DNA from: Marinicella sp.
GTDB lineage: Bacteria > Pseudomonadota > Gammaproteobacteria > Xanthomonadales > Marinicellaceae
Assembly (NCBI GenBank): GCA_965230295.1
Contig: OZ246001.1
Span: 3,232,001-3,296,000 of the forward strand
Reading direction: 5' to 3'
Length of the DNA stretch: 64,000 nucleotides
A model generated the notes under the pieces. It searched no databases. It was given only the letters and a program-made list of their open reading frames with translations, and was not told the origin of the DNA. Made by a program: the position numbers and the translations under genes. Shown one piece after another: positions 18,289-28,400 of this stretch (position 1 is the first letter of the stretch; each line of letters opens with the position of its first letter).

Positions 18289-19815
18289 ATGACACAAAGC
18301 GCCAACCATTACCTTTCTTGGATAGACGTAGACAATGAATTGCATTGTGAGGTATTGAACCCTGAAAAAAAACAATACGCTGTAGGACGATCTGATCAGG
18401 CAGATGTTGAGGTGTTGAACACCAGTGTTTCACGACAACATTTACAGCTTTACTGGCACCAGGGAACCTTGTGGATTAAAGACCTCAATTCCAGTTATGG
18501 CACTTGGGTAGATGGTATCAAGCTTGATGCAGGAGCCACAGCAAAATTACAAGCAGACACTGAAATTAAGTTGGGCAACCTCAGCATGTGGTATGAGTTG
18601 CGGCGAGGCAATGAATCACAGGAGTTGTTTCAAACTTGTTTTCACCCCAAAAATAACACTGAAGAATTCGAATTATCCAGTGAATTCAATGACTTCAGGG
18701 TTAAACTTCTGTTTCTTTTGCAAGATAACTTCGGTGACAACACCCTGAACGTTCAATTGATCAAAAACATTGATGAAGAGTTGTATCAACTCATCAACAC
18801 ACAGGAATTGAGACTGAAAGAACAGCGCATCCTGAATTCCATCAGTCACATCTTGAATCGAAGTTTAACTTTGTCTGAGTTATTGAAAACATCATTGAAT
18901 TTGGTCAGTAAAGTGCTTAATGCAGAACGTGGCTTTGTGGTAGTCCACCATGGGGTTGAAGATGAATATGAAATTTTGGCACTGAGAAACTTCAGTCAAC
19001 TGGAATGGTCTGTAGACAAAGAGTTGCTTCAGGAATACAGCCAAACTCTGGTGGAGCGTTGTTTTCAACAAAACAAAATTTTGATCGTAGGCGATACTGA
19101 ACTCAATAAAACCTTGATCGACATGAAGTCTGTTGAATCAGGGGGTGGGCGCAGTATTGTGACCATTCCATTGGTGCAAGATGATCAGGTTATTGGTGTA
19201 ATTTACTTGGACAACCAAAATAAATCGCACAACTTCAACCCGCAGCAAATACCATTTTTAACCACATTTGCTGCACATACCAGCATCGCACTGCATAACA
19301 CCTTGTTGTATAAGCGTGCCATTACCGATGATTTAACCCAGCTTTTTACCCGACAACACATTGATGAAGTCCTGAATCTTGAGATGCAAAGGGCTTACCG
19401 GTATAAAAATGAATTGTCGTTGTTGATTTTGGACTTAGATCACTTCAAGCACATCAATGACAACTACGGGCACACCACGGGTGATCAGGTGTTACAAGTT
19501 TTTTCAGCCATCATCAAAGACCACATCAGAGAGTGCGACCTGGCAGGTCGCTTTGGCGGTGAAGAATTCATCATCATCCTACCGGACACCAATGAAGCGG
19601 GCGCTTACACGTTTGCTGAACGCATTCGCAAGGCGGTAGAAAAGCACACATTCAGTAAAAACAATGAAAACATCAAGGTCACAGTTAGTATTGGTGCCGC
19701 TGAATACCAGGCCCACCATTATGACAATGCTGTGATGTTATTGGATGATGCTGATAAGGCCCTTTATCAAGCCAAAGAACAAGGTCGCAATCGAACCATC
19801 TTCTTTAAAAATTGA
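18289..19815 (+). CDS. FHA-GAF-GGDEF diguanylate cyclase
   Basis: FHA (VGRS..VSRQH..DLNSSYGTWV); GAF (IPLVQDDQVIGVIYLDN); GGEEF active site with RECD I-site. Confidence 0.93.
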   Translation: MTQSANHYLSWIDVDNELHCEVLNPEKKQYAVGRSDQADVEVLNTSVSRQHLQLYWHQGTLWIKDLNSSYGTWVDGIKLDAGATAKLQADTEIKLGNLSMWYELRRGNESQELFQTCFHPKNNTEEFELSSEFNDFRVKLLFLLQDNFGDNTLNVQLIKNIDEELYQLINTQELRLKEQRILNSISHILNRSLTLSELLKTSLNLVSKVLNAERGFVVVHHGVEDEYEILALRNFSQLEWSVDKELLQEYSQTLVERCFQQNKILIVGDTELNKTLIDMKSVESGGGRSIVTIPLVQDDQVIGVIYLDNQNKSHNFNPQQIPFLTTFAAHTSIALHNTLLYKRAITDDLTQLFTRQHIDEVLNLEMQRAYRYKNELSLLILDLDHFKHINDNYGHTTGDQVLQVFSAIIKDHIRECDLAGRFGGEEFIIILPDTNEAGAYTFAERIRKAVEKHTFSKNNENIKVTVSIGAAEYQAHHYDNAVMLLDDADKALYQAKEQGRNRTIFFKN

Positions 19816-19924
19816 CATCATAATAAACTTAAAATGAATATTGTAGGGTGTTGATTTGACTCTGCTTATGTCCAGTCCATATAATCACATACCATGATTG
19901 TCATGACACCCCAAAGCATTAACC

Positions 19925-22756
19925 ATGGTTAATCAAACGACCATAACTTGTCCCCAATGTTTGAATGAAAACCCGGCCAACTCATCCAAGTGTGAGCTGT
20001 GTGACTGGCCTTTGTCCGATGATCCGGGTGAAGCAACGATCATGCCCAAGTTGGCTCCTGATCCCGATCAAACCATAGCGCCTGAAATGATGGCCGGTTC
20101 ACTTGATAGAAATGAAACGGATCCTTTACAAACCGTGGCGCCTGATCAGCAGTTTACTGATTCCCATTCAATTGCAGAGAAACATGCCTTTCACTTGGCT
20201 GGCGATCTGGCACATTTCGAAGTGCTTGAAATCATTGGGCAAGGCGGTATGGGTGCGGTTTATCACGCCATGGACAAAACCCTACAAAGAGACGTTGCAC
20301 TGAAGTTATTGCGGCCATTGGCTTTTGTTTCTGATGCCAGTACGGATGCTTTATTGGATGAAGCACGCATGGCCAGTAAACTGAATCACCCAAATATCGT
20401 GACCATTTATGATGTGGCTCGAGCTGATGACAGTCATTACATCGTGATGGAGTGGGTTGATGGACAGCCACTGGCCGAACTGATTCCTGAATCAGGAATG
20501 TCATTAGAGCAAGCACTTGGCTATGCTTGCCAAATTGCCGATGGCTTGGTGGCAGCCCACAAAAAATACATGATACATCGAGACATCAAACCTCAAAACA
20601 TCATGCTCACAGCCAACGGCACCATCAAGATATTGGACTTCGGAATTGCAGGCTTGGTCAATCCATTGGATGAAGGTAATGAGGACCATGCTCAAGAACG
20701 ACCAACCAGTGTGGTTGGCACCCCCAGTTACATGTCGCCAGAACAAGCACAAGGTTTCAACTTAGATCAACGGTCCGATATATTTTCCTTTGGAATCTTG
20801 TTGTATGAAATGTTAAGTGGGCAGCGCCCATTCAATGGCAGCGGTTCTGCAGCCATTACCAAAGCGGTGTGCGAAGGCCAATATCAGCCTATTCAAGAAG
20901 TGGTTGCTGATTTACCACCGCAGGTCGTAACTTTACTGGATAAGATGTTGGCCAAGCAGAAAGATGAACGTTGGCAAAGTTCCGCAGAATTGGCTGATGA
21001 ACTACATGGTATACACCATGACCTGACTCACAAAAAAAATTGGTGGCAACGCCAACATTGGTTGACTAAAGCGGCAGTTTTGATTCCCTTTGTCTTGGCT
21101 TTGGGTTGGAGTGTCAAAGAAATTCTATTCCCGGCATCTACTCAAGAATTGATCGAGCAACAATTGGCAGAAGCCACCACTGTGGCGATCTTACCCTTTG
21201 ATAACATCAGTGGAGACCCTTTGTTACAAATGTTCGGTGATGGTCTGGCAGTGAACCTCAGTACTGACCTCACCACGGTGGCCAGTGAAATAGGGGACAC
21301 CTGGATTGTGCCAGCAACAGAAATAGCCCGCATGAAAGAGGTTACACCCAAAACTGTGGCTGATAAGTACGGCGTAGAACTGATCCTCACTGGCAGCATG
21401 CAACACATGGGTTCAACTCGATTGATGGTATTGAATTTACTGGATGCGCAAAGTGGCCAACAACTCAGAACCACTGAACTCAGCATCAATGCTGATGATT
21501 TGTTTGGCGGACACGCGCTGATCCGAGAGCAAGCCATGGAGTTACTGGAATGGCCGATGTCTGAGACATTGATGACCACATTCAACGCGGAAAGACCTCA
21601 ACTTGATGGCGCGTACAAGCAATATGTTGAAGGACGCGGTTATTTGTATCGGTATGACCAGGAAGGGAATCTTGAAGAGGCCATCAATGCATTCAAATCA
21701 GCCCTTGATCTGGATGAATCTTATGAAAACGCCCAAGTTGGACTGGCTGAAGCCTACCTCAATCAATTCACCAAGACCAAGGATAAAGATTGGCTAGACA
21801 AAATGGTTGAGTCCATTGAAAACCTAAAAATAATTAATAAAGACAATACCTTGATTAATTATCTGTCTGCAGAAGCTGAAGTCAACCTTGGCAATTATGA
21901 TCAAGCCATCAAGCTCTATCAATCCAGCATAGCAGATAACCCTAATAATCTAGATGCGCAGATTGGTTTGGCCAATGCGTTCAATAAAGCCGGAAAGTCA
22001 GAATTTGCTGAAGCTACTTATTTAGAAGCCATGAGAATCGCGCCGAATAATTGGAATGTCATTGTAAATCTGGGCGTTTTTTACGCGCAAACTGGTGAAT
22101 ACGAGAAAGCATTGGAACAGTTCCAGGAATTGATAGAAATCAGCCCAAACAATCACATCGGTTATCGCAATGTTGCTGGCATATATTACATAATGAATGA
22201 CATTGACAATGCAATCAAATTCAGTGAGCAAGCCATTTCGATCAAACCTTCAGACAGGGCTTACTCCAATTTAGGCACCATGTACTTTTCTAAGGGTGAA
22301 TATGAAAATGCAAAGAACAATTATTTAAAAGCAATTGAGTTGAACGGCAACTTTTACATCCATTGGGGTAATTTGGCAGATAACTATAAACTAATTGGTG
22401 ACCATCAAGCGTCATTTAATGCCTATAAAGAGGCAGTGAAAATATCACGGGAGATGTTGGTTATTAATCCAAATGATACAAAAGTAAAAGTTGATCTTTC
22501 CTACTACTTATCAAATATTAAATCAGATAAAGAGGCATTAAAACTCGCATCGCAAATAAACCTGGATAGTACCGGTTTAGAAAACTTCATCATTGCCTTA
22601 ACATATGATCAGTTGGGGAAAGTAGATCTTGCTATTCAACACTTGAATTGGGCACTTGACAAAAAATACCCTTTAGAAGAAATTGAAACCACTCCATTTT
22701 TAGAAAATTCAAAATCAACCGAAGATTTTAAGAAATTATTATTAAGTAGACAGTAA
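19925..22756 (+). CDS. Membrane Ser/Thr kinase with N-terminal Zn-ribbon, TolB-N-like domain and TPR array
   Basis: CPQC..CELC; GQGGMGAVY, HRDIKPQN, DFGIA, GTPSYMSPEQ; TM; VAILPFDNISGD; multiple TPRs. Confidence 0.93.
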   Translation: MVNQTTITCPQCLNENPANSSKCELCDWPLSDDPGEATIMPKLAPDPDQTIAPEMMAGSLDRNETDPLQTVAPDQQFTDSHSIAEKHAFHLAGDLAHFEVLEIIGQGGMGAVYHAMDKTLQRDVALKLLRPLAFVSDASTDALLDEARMASKLNHPNIVTIYDVARADDSHYIVMEWVDGQPLAELIPESGMSLEQALGYACQIADGLVAAHKKYMIHRDIKPQNIMLTANGTIKILDFGIAGLVNPLDEGNEDHAQERPTSVVGTPSYMSPEQAQGFNLDQRSDIFSFGILLYEMLSGQRPFNGSGSAAITKAVCEGQYQPIQEVVADLPPQVVTLLDKMLAKQKDERWQSSAELADELHGIHHDLTHKKNWWQRQHWLTKAAVLIPFVLALGWSVKEILFPASTQELIEQQLAEATTVAILPFDNISGDPLLQMFGDGLAVNLSTDLTTVASEIGDTWIVPATEIARMKEVTPKTVADKYGVELILTGSMQHMGSTRLMVLNLLDAQSGQQLRTTELSINADDLFGGHALIREQAMELLEWPMSETLMTTFNAERPQLDGAYKQYVEGRGYLYRYDQEGNLEEAINAFKSALDLDESYENAQVGLAEAYLNQFTKTKDKDWLDKMVESIENLKIINKDNTLINYLSAEAEVNLGNYDQAIKLYQSSIADNPNNLDAQIGLANAFNKAGKSEFAEATYLEAMRIAPNNWNVIVNLGVFYAQTGEYEKALEQFQELIEISPNNHIGYRNVAGIYYIMNDIDNAIKFSEQAISIKPSDRAYSNLGTMYFSKGEYENAKNNYLKAIELNGNFYIHWGNLADNYKLIGDHQASFNAYKEAVKISREMLVINPNDTKVKVDLSYYLSNIKSDKEALKLASQINLDSTGLENFIIALTYDQLGKVDLAIQHLNWALDKKYPLEEIETTPFLENSKSTEDFKKLLLSRQ

Positions 22757-22795
22757 CAAGGCATATGATAATTTCCGATAGGTTCATATGCCTTG
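22757..22795. terminator. Perfect 12-bp inverted repeat between convergent genes (probable bidirectional terminator)
   Basis: caaggcatatga ... tcatatgccttg. Confidence 0.65.
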
Positions 22796-22814
22796 ATGAT
22801 GTAATGACAATAAA

Positions 22815-23183
22815 TCAATCAGGGTCAATAATGATTTGTGGGTCCGTTGAATAGGTTTGGCCGCCAATGGTTAATGTCAGCTCATAAGTGTCAGTGGTTA
22901 CCGTGGCATTTTGTTGTACAGTCAGTGAATGACTGGCTGACTGGGATGGGGGGGTTCTGTTCATGTCAAATGATGTGTTACCACCATCTTCGTCGTTGAA
23001 TGGATCTTGGTCACCACTGTCACTGAAATCCAATGCACATGTGATGCTGTTTGCGCCAGCTGAAGGCCAGGTCACGTTCACATCGAGTTGATGTCCTTCT
23101 TGTACTTCAACACTGTCAGTGACGGTTGGTACAGTTCCAGCATCCAATGAGCTGAGGTTTACATTTATGGTCGGGTTAGGCAT
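22815..23183 (-). CDS. Small acidic beta-rich protein ending in DPQIIIDPD (DP-EP/AidA-PixA-like terminus)
   Basis: 122 aa; AGAGGA RBS; no signal peptide; YELTL...STDPQIIIDP C-terminus. Confidence 0.7.
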   Translation of the reverse strand: MPNPTINVNLSSLDAGTVPTVTDSVEVQEGHQLDVNVTWPSAGANSITCALDFSDSGDQDPFNDEDGGNTSFDMNRTPPSQSASHSLTVQQNATVTTDTYELTLTIGGQTYSTDPQIIIDPD

Positions 23184-23545
23184 AGTTTTTCCTCTTTGAT
23201 ATTATAGATAGTTTGTTATTAATCATGATGAAGTCATGGCATACTTCTTCCCCCTTAAGTACCCATGACTTCACAAGTAAAGCTTTAAGTTCAGAACTTA
23301 ATACACTTAACTTAAAGAAGATGATAACTGACATTACGCAAAAAAGATATTACAAGTTATTACAAAGAATGGTGTATTTTCGCTGCGTCAGAACCGGTGT
23401 TTAAAAACAGTGATTAATCCATCAAATTCATGCCGGCAATCACTTTATTGGCAGCCATGAATCAGGCTTGTGACAAAATTCATCATATAATTTAAAAAAA
23501 TATTTAAGCGTCAATGCATGCTTAAAAATTTGATATGATTTATTC

Positions 23546-24493
23546 ATGGCTAAGCTTTTAAACACCCAAACCAACGAACAGGCTTTGTTAAGAAGTCAGC
23601 ACATATTTGGCCGCCATTCGGCAAGCTCTCATACCATCCTTGAAAACCCAGAAGCTTCCCGGTTGCATGCCTCAATCATGTGGAATGGCACCTTTTGGAT
23701 GTTGCAAGACACCAGCAGCAATGGTACCTATTTAAATGGTGAAGCCTTGATTTCTGGTACGAAAAGTCGCTTGAAACAAGGTGATGTCATCAAGTTTGGT
23801 GCATTGAATGCTTGTGCTTGGGTATTAAAAAATGACGATGAGCCTAAAAGTTTACTTTGTCCAATCAATAAAAACCATGATCCCATTGAACTTGACGGTA
23901 TGGTGGTGTTGCCAGATTCAGACTCTCCTGAACTGACAATTTATCAATTACCCAATGAGGAATGGGTCTGTGAAAATCAATCTGGCCTGATCAAGTTGGC
24001 ATCGGGTACAAAAGTTTCAACACGCACAGACAGTTGGTACTTTGTGGATGCCAATACTTTTGAAAAGACCCAACAAGCCGCCAACAAAGGTCAGATGTCC
24101 TCTGTTCTTATCAAGGTTCATTTCACCGTTAGTCAGAATGAAGAGCATGTTTCTATGTCAGTGACTGTGGGAAACATGCAACTTGACTTAGGAGAGAGGG
24201 CTCACCATTACTTGATGATGTATTTGGCCCGACAAAGACTGGCTGACTTGCAAAAGGGTGTTGAGGACAGTGAGCAAGGCTGGATTGATAAAGATGTGTT
24301 GTGCCAGGAAACTGGTTTGGATGAAAAGCACATCAATTTGCAGATCTACCGATTCAGGAAACAATTGGTTCAATCACAGCCAGCCATCCAAGAACTGATC
24401 CAAATCATTGAACGTCGGCGCGGTGAACTCAGGTTTGCATTCACCTCAATTGAAATCATTGGTGGCAATGATTTACTGAAATCCAAACAATGA
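23546..24493 (+). CDS. FHA-domain protein with probable C-terminal winged-HTH (phospho-Thr-responsive regulator)
   Basis: IFGRH..ASRLHA..QDTSSNGTYLNG (FHA); C-terminal GWIDKDVLCQETGLDEKHINLQIYRFRKQL...IERRRGELRF (OmpR-like wHTH). Confidence 0.8.
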   Translation: MAKLLNTQTNEQALLRSQHIFGRHSASSHTILENPEASRLHASIMWNGTFWMLQDTSSNGTYLNGEALISGTKSRLKQGDVIKFGALNACAWVLKNDDEPKSLLCPINKNHDPIELDGMVVLPDSDSPELTIYQLPNEEWVCENQSGLIKLASGTKVSTRTDSWYFVDANTFEKTQQAANKGQMSSVLIKVHFTVSQNEEHVSMSVTVGNMQLDLGERAHHYLMMYLARQRLADLQKGVEDSEQGWIDKDVLCQETGLDEKHINLQIYRFRKQLVQSQPAIQELIQIIERRRGELRFAFTSIEIIGGNDLLKSKQ

Positions 24494-24547
24494 ACAGGCC
24501 AATTAAATCAATCAATTGACCTGTGTTAATGAACTTATTCCTGTTGA

Positions 24548-25990
24548 CTACTTTTTATCGAGGTCTTTCCCCATTTTCACTGCTTTAGCCAAATCATCTT
24601 TGGTGGCGACAAGTGAACTGTGAGCGGACAAAATCTTCTTGGCTTTTATTTTCTTAGCCTTCAGGTTTTTAGCAAAATCCTGTGTGGCTGGATTGGCAGG
24701 GTTGATGTTACCAGCTGCTTGCAGGCCAAAGTGATCGGCTTCAAACAGGATGCCTTCTTTGGGTAAGTATGCCACCAATAAATGCTCTGAGTGGTTGGTC
24801 GGTCCAACATCAATGACACGCAATTCACGGCCTTTGCTTTTGAAAGTGCGTTTGTCATCGACCGTTTCAATTTTAAGTGCTTTGTTTTCTGTTGCTTCTC
24901 GAATAACGGCTTCATGAGCTGCAGCAGCGATGACAGTGGTGCCTTCATCTGCATAGGCTTGGGCGCCAACAATGTGGTCGTTGTGGTGGTGAGTCATGAT
25001 GCCAAACTTAATGGGTTTGTTAGGTATCACTTCTTTAAGCAGGGCAATGCGATCTGGAATCCCTGCAGTGCCACCCACAGCAATCACATGATCATCCATT
25101 TCAACAAACATCGCATAGGTGCCTGTACCGCCAATCAGATAGACACCCTTGTCAATTTCTTGGCGCTTCAATGGATCTGGCTGGATGGGCGTACCTACAG
25201 TCATGCCTTCATGCACATGGGTGTGCTGATCAACAGGTGGATTGACTCTGGCATGGGTGTTTGTACGTTGCATGTTGTTGTCGCCATTGACAAACAGTTC
25301 AAAACGATCATTGAATGGAATGCCAGAAACTTTTTTGTAATCATGAAAGCGATACCCAACCATGCCAAATGGTGGTAGGTAGCGCTCACTTTTGTTCAAT
25401 AAACGGGTTTCTTGATCAAAATACAGACTGATGGAAGGGCCCACTTCCATCACCAAAGTTATCACATCGTGAGGACGACCATCGACATCAGTCTGGCCCA
25501 GGTAATGTGAGGTTTGTTGCCGTTGCATCAATTGTTTGACCAACAGTGCCGGGGTGACTCGAATGAAAGGTCCAGCTGTGTTCAAGAAATTGGGTTCAGC
25601 GATGGGTGTGGCGCTGTTGGCGCGGAAGTTGAGTTGGTAACTTTGGTCACCATTGATCACGGTGCCATTATTAAAGGCCTGTCTGTCTGTTTCACTTTTG
25701 GCTTGGGTCACGAATTGTTGTTTTTCGAAGTCGACCATGGTGCTGCCAGACAGTTTGTTTTCATCCCAAGGTGGTCCCGGTTTCCTGCTTTGATTGACTG
25801 CTAAATTGGTGGTTTCAAAATCTATCGCCACAGAATTCAGTTGATTCAGTTTATCCCTGCCTCCATAAGCCTCAATCACTTGGTCAATAACAGCACGGGC
25901 TTTATCGACACTTTGTTGAGTGAGGTTTTGAGCAGAAACCAGGCTGCTAAGGGACAGTATTCCTGCCATGATAAGTATTCTATTTTTCAT
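24548..25990 (-). CDS. Secreted MBL-fold metallo-hydrolase
   Basis: Signal peptide MKNRILIMAGILSLSSLVSA; THHHNDH, H, EADH and SAH metal ligands. Confidence 0.85.
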   Translation of the reverse strand: MKNRILIMAGILSLSSLVSAQNLTQQSVDKARAVIDQVIEAYGGRDKLNQLNSVAIDFETTNLAVNQSRKPGPPWDENKLSGSTMVDFEKQQFVTQAKSETDRQAFNNGTVINGDQSYQLNFRANSATPIAEPNFLNTAGPFIRVTPALLVKQLMQRQQTSHYLGQTDVDGRPHDVITLVMEVGPSISLYFDQETRLLNKSERYLPPFGMVGYRFHDYKKVSGIPFNDRFELFVNGDNNMQRTNTHARVNPPVDQHTHVHEGMTVGTPIQPDPLKRQEIDKGVYLIGGTGTYAMFVEMDDHVIAVGGTAGIPDRIALLKEVIPNKPIKFGIMTHHHNDHIVGAQAYADEGTTVIAAAAHEAVIREATENKALKIETVDDKRTFKSKGRELRVIDVGPTNHSEHLLVAYLPKEGILFEADHFGLQAAGNINPANPATQDFAKNLKAKKIKAKKILSAHSSLVATKDDLAKAVKMGKDLDKK

Positions 25991-26232
25991 AATTGGCTCC
26001 ATAATGTTGATCCGAACACACGTACGGACTGTTGCTATTAAATATTCTACGGTGATTATTTTTAGGGTGAAGTGAAATGAGGTGAATGGAATTATCTATG
26101 CGACCAAAGGTGCTTTAATCCAGGCAATTGGTTCAGACTAACCCCTTCATAAGTATTTGATTACGCAACTGACCAATACAAAATTTTGACGTGGCCTGTG
26201 ATAACTTATCAATTTTTGAATATTCTAGGCTC

Positions 26233-26742
26233 ATGACTGAAATGGCATTAAAAAAATCCACCCCGCATCTGGTCATTGGATTAATCGGGTGGTTGATACT
26301 TTGTTTCGGCGCTTCTGCCATTGGTGCTTTGGCCAACTTCAAGGCACAAGCCATGTATGGTCAAATGATTCAACCATCATGGGCGCCACCTGGGTGGTTG
26401 TTTGGGCCGGTATGGACCACTTTGTACACCATGATGGCAGTGGCAGCTTGGCTGATTTGGCGCCGCGGTGGTTTCACTGAAAACCGAGTTGCTTTAACTT
26501 GGTTCATGGTTCAATTGACACTCAATGCGTTGTGGAGCTGGATGTTCTTTGCATGGATGCAAGGGATGTGGTCTTTTGTGAATATCGTTTTATTGTGGAT
26601 AACCATCATAATCACCATTGTTGTTTTTTGGCGAACCCACAAAGTGGCTGGAGCCTTATTGATTCCATACGTCCTTTGGGTCAGTTTTGCGGCGGTTTTG
26701 AATTTGATCATGTGGCAACTGAATCCAGTGCTTTTGGGTTAA
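26233..26742 (+). CDS. tspO: TspO/MBR tryptophan-rich sensory protein (start uncertain, 26233 or 26242)
   Basis: PSWAPPGWLFGPVWTTLY, QLTLNALWSWMFF, LIPYVLWVSFA. Confidence 0.93.
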   Translation: MTEMALKKSTPHLVIGLIGWLILCFGASAIGALANFKAQAMYGQMIQPSWAPPGWLFGPVWTTLYTMMAVAAWLIWRRGGFTENRVALTWFMVQLTLNALWSWMFFAWMQGMWSFVNIVLLWITIIITIVVFWRTHKVAGALLIPYVLWVSFAAVLNLIMWQLNPVLLG

Positions 26743-26903
26743 GGCTTGATATTGAGTTTCCAAGTCTGAAAATCCAAGCTAAGTTTACAGCTAAGTATGT
26801 GGGGTTAATAAAGAACTGAACTGATAGTTATTAAGTTCAGTGGCACAATTCAAAAGAAAAAAGAAAGGTAAAGAGTTTAATGATTTCGAGTGAATTCGAT
26901 TGA

Positions 26904-26940
26904 TAAAAAAACGCCTGCTGAAGAAAATTAACAGCAGGCG
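26904..26940 (-). terminator. Rho-independent terminator of the minus-strand gene ending at 26964
   Basis: cgcctgctg / cagcaggcg stem next to an A run (T run on the minus strand). Confidence 0.75.
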
Positions 26941-26963
26941 CAACGAGGTGATTCAATGATATA

Positions 26964-28400
26964 TCAATCGAAGTTACTTCTGAAGATCCGATCTCCCTTC
27001 CAGCCATATACGGTGGGTGACTGTGCACCACAACCCGTGGCTGCTGAGCAGCTTGATACACTGTACCACCAAATGTCCCAAATGGGGCCAGGTGCAAAAT
27101 GTGTGTAACTGTTACCCACAACATTGATGTTGAATGGTAATCCGACTGAAGGGATGATCAATACGTTGTATGATGTTGCACCTGCCACTGAACTCCAATT
27201 GACGACGATGCGATCATCGAATGTGCCCAGAGAGGCACTCACTGAATTGGGTGGAGCCAATGCGGTGTTGGCAGCCCAGCCTGTGTCCATGGCGCTGTGA
27301 TTGCCGCAACCCCATTGGTTACAAGCCCTGACAGAATACTCATAAGTGACACCAGGAATGGCGACTGTATCATCTGTAGTCGTACCTTGTACAAATGAAT
27401 TCCATAAGGTCCAGGTTGATTGACCTGGATCCCTGCGGTACAAAGCATAAGAAGTGGTGTTAGAAACCGTGGTCCATGTCACTCTGACACGATCGGTAAA
27501 GGTCCCGTCACTGGCAGCCACATTGGTTGGGGTTGTTGGTGGATTTCCGGTGGCAACCCACGTTTCATCAATGGTGAATGCACGCAAGGCTCCTGGAGAA
27601 CTGGTGGTGTTAAAATCAGATGCCGGGAACTGGATGTTTACATTACTCAGTGAGTTCAAGTCCAATACTCGGATACTGCTGTCACTGGCGGCATAATACA
27701 TGTAATGTTGCCCAGCTGGCCATTTGACAATTTCAAAATAGCGGTATTGACCGGGGTTGCTACCAACTTGTTGACTGAATGGGATTTCAACACCCGTGTA
27801 GTTCATGCTTGATTGGACGGGATTGAATTGTTTGAAGGAGCCATCGGCAGCGGCATACCACAAGAAGCCATTGTCATCGACTGCCAACTGTCTTAAGTTA
27901 CCAGGATTGGGTTCACTGTTGCCCCATCTGGTGAATGGAATGGTGTACATATAAGTGTTGTTAACCAAGTTATAGACTTTCACATCGCCTTGAGAAGTGG
28001 ATATGTACAAACGTCTGCTGTTTTCATCAATGGCCAAGGTTCTGATGGCGCCATAAAAACCATCGTTGATGTCATTGATGATGGGCCCAGCGCCACCTGA
28101 TGCCCAATCAATTGAGTGTACATGGTTGTCAGAGGCTGCATACCACATCAAGCCTTCTACACGATCAAATGCGATGTTGCGTCCGGTTGCAGGAGTGGGT
28201 GGGGTACCAAAAAAAGCAAACGGTCCCAATTGAGGGCCTGTGTATGGACCTACCGTCATGTTTTTGCCCATCAAGCTGCCATCTTCAAGAGAATAGAAAA
28301 TCACACCCAATGCATGGGTTTGACTTGTGAACAAAGCGAAAAATAAAAACACCCCAAAGGTGGTTACTGAAAATCTGTTTGTTTTTGCTGTATTTGTCAT
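26964..28400 (-). CDS. Secreted beta-propeller-like protein with two Fn3 domains and DRIFRSNFD terminus
   Basis: Signal peptide ending QTHA; repeated R-x-(L/I)A-x-D...LWYAAxD blades; Fn3 (VRVTWTTV..YEYSVRACN). Confidence 0.78.
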   Translation of the reverse strand: MTNTAKTNRFSVTTFGVFLFFALFTSQTHALGVIFYSLEDGSLMGKNMTVGPYTGPQLGPFAFFGTPPTPATGRNIAFDRVEGLMWYAASDNHVHSIDWASGGAGPIINDINDGFYGAIRTLAIDENSRRLYISTSQGDVKVYNLVNNTYMYTIPFTRWGNSEPNPGNLRQLAVDDNGFLWYAAADGSFKQFNPVQSSMNYTGVEIPFSQQVGSNPGQYRYFEIVKWPAGQHYMYYAASDSSIRVLDLNSLSNVNIQFPASDFNTTSSPGALRAFTIDETWVATGNPPTTPTNVAASDGTFTDRVRVTWTTVSNTTSYALYRRDPGQSTWTLWNSFVQGTTTDDTVAIPGVTYEYSVRACNQWGCGNHSAMDTGWAANTALAPPNSVSASLGTFDDRIVVNWSSVAGATSYNVLIIPSVGLPFNINVVGNSYTHFAPGPIWDIWWYSVSSCSAATGCGAQSPTVYGWKGDRIFRSNFD

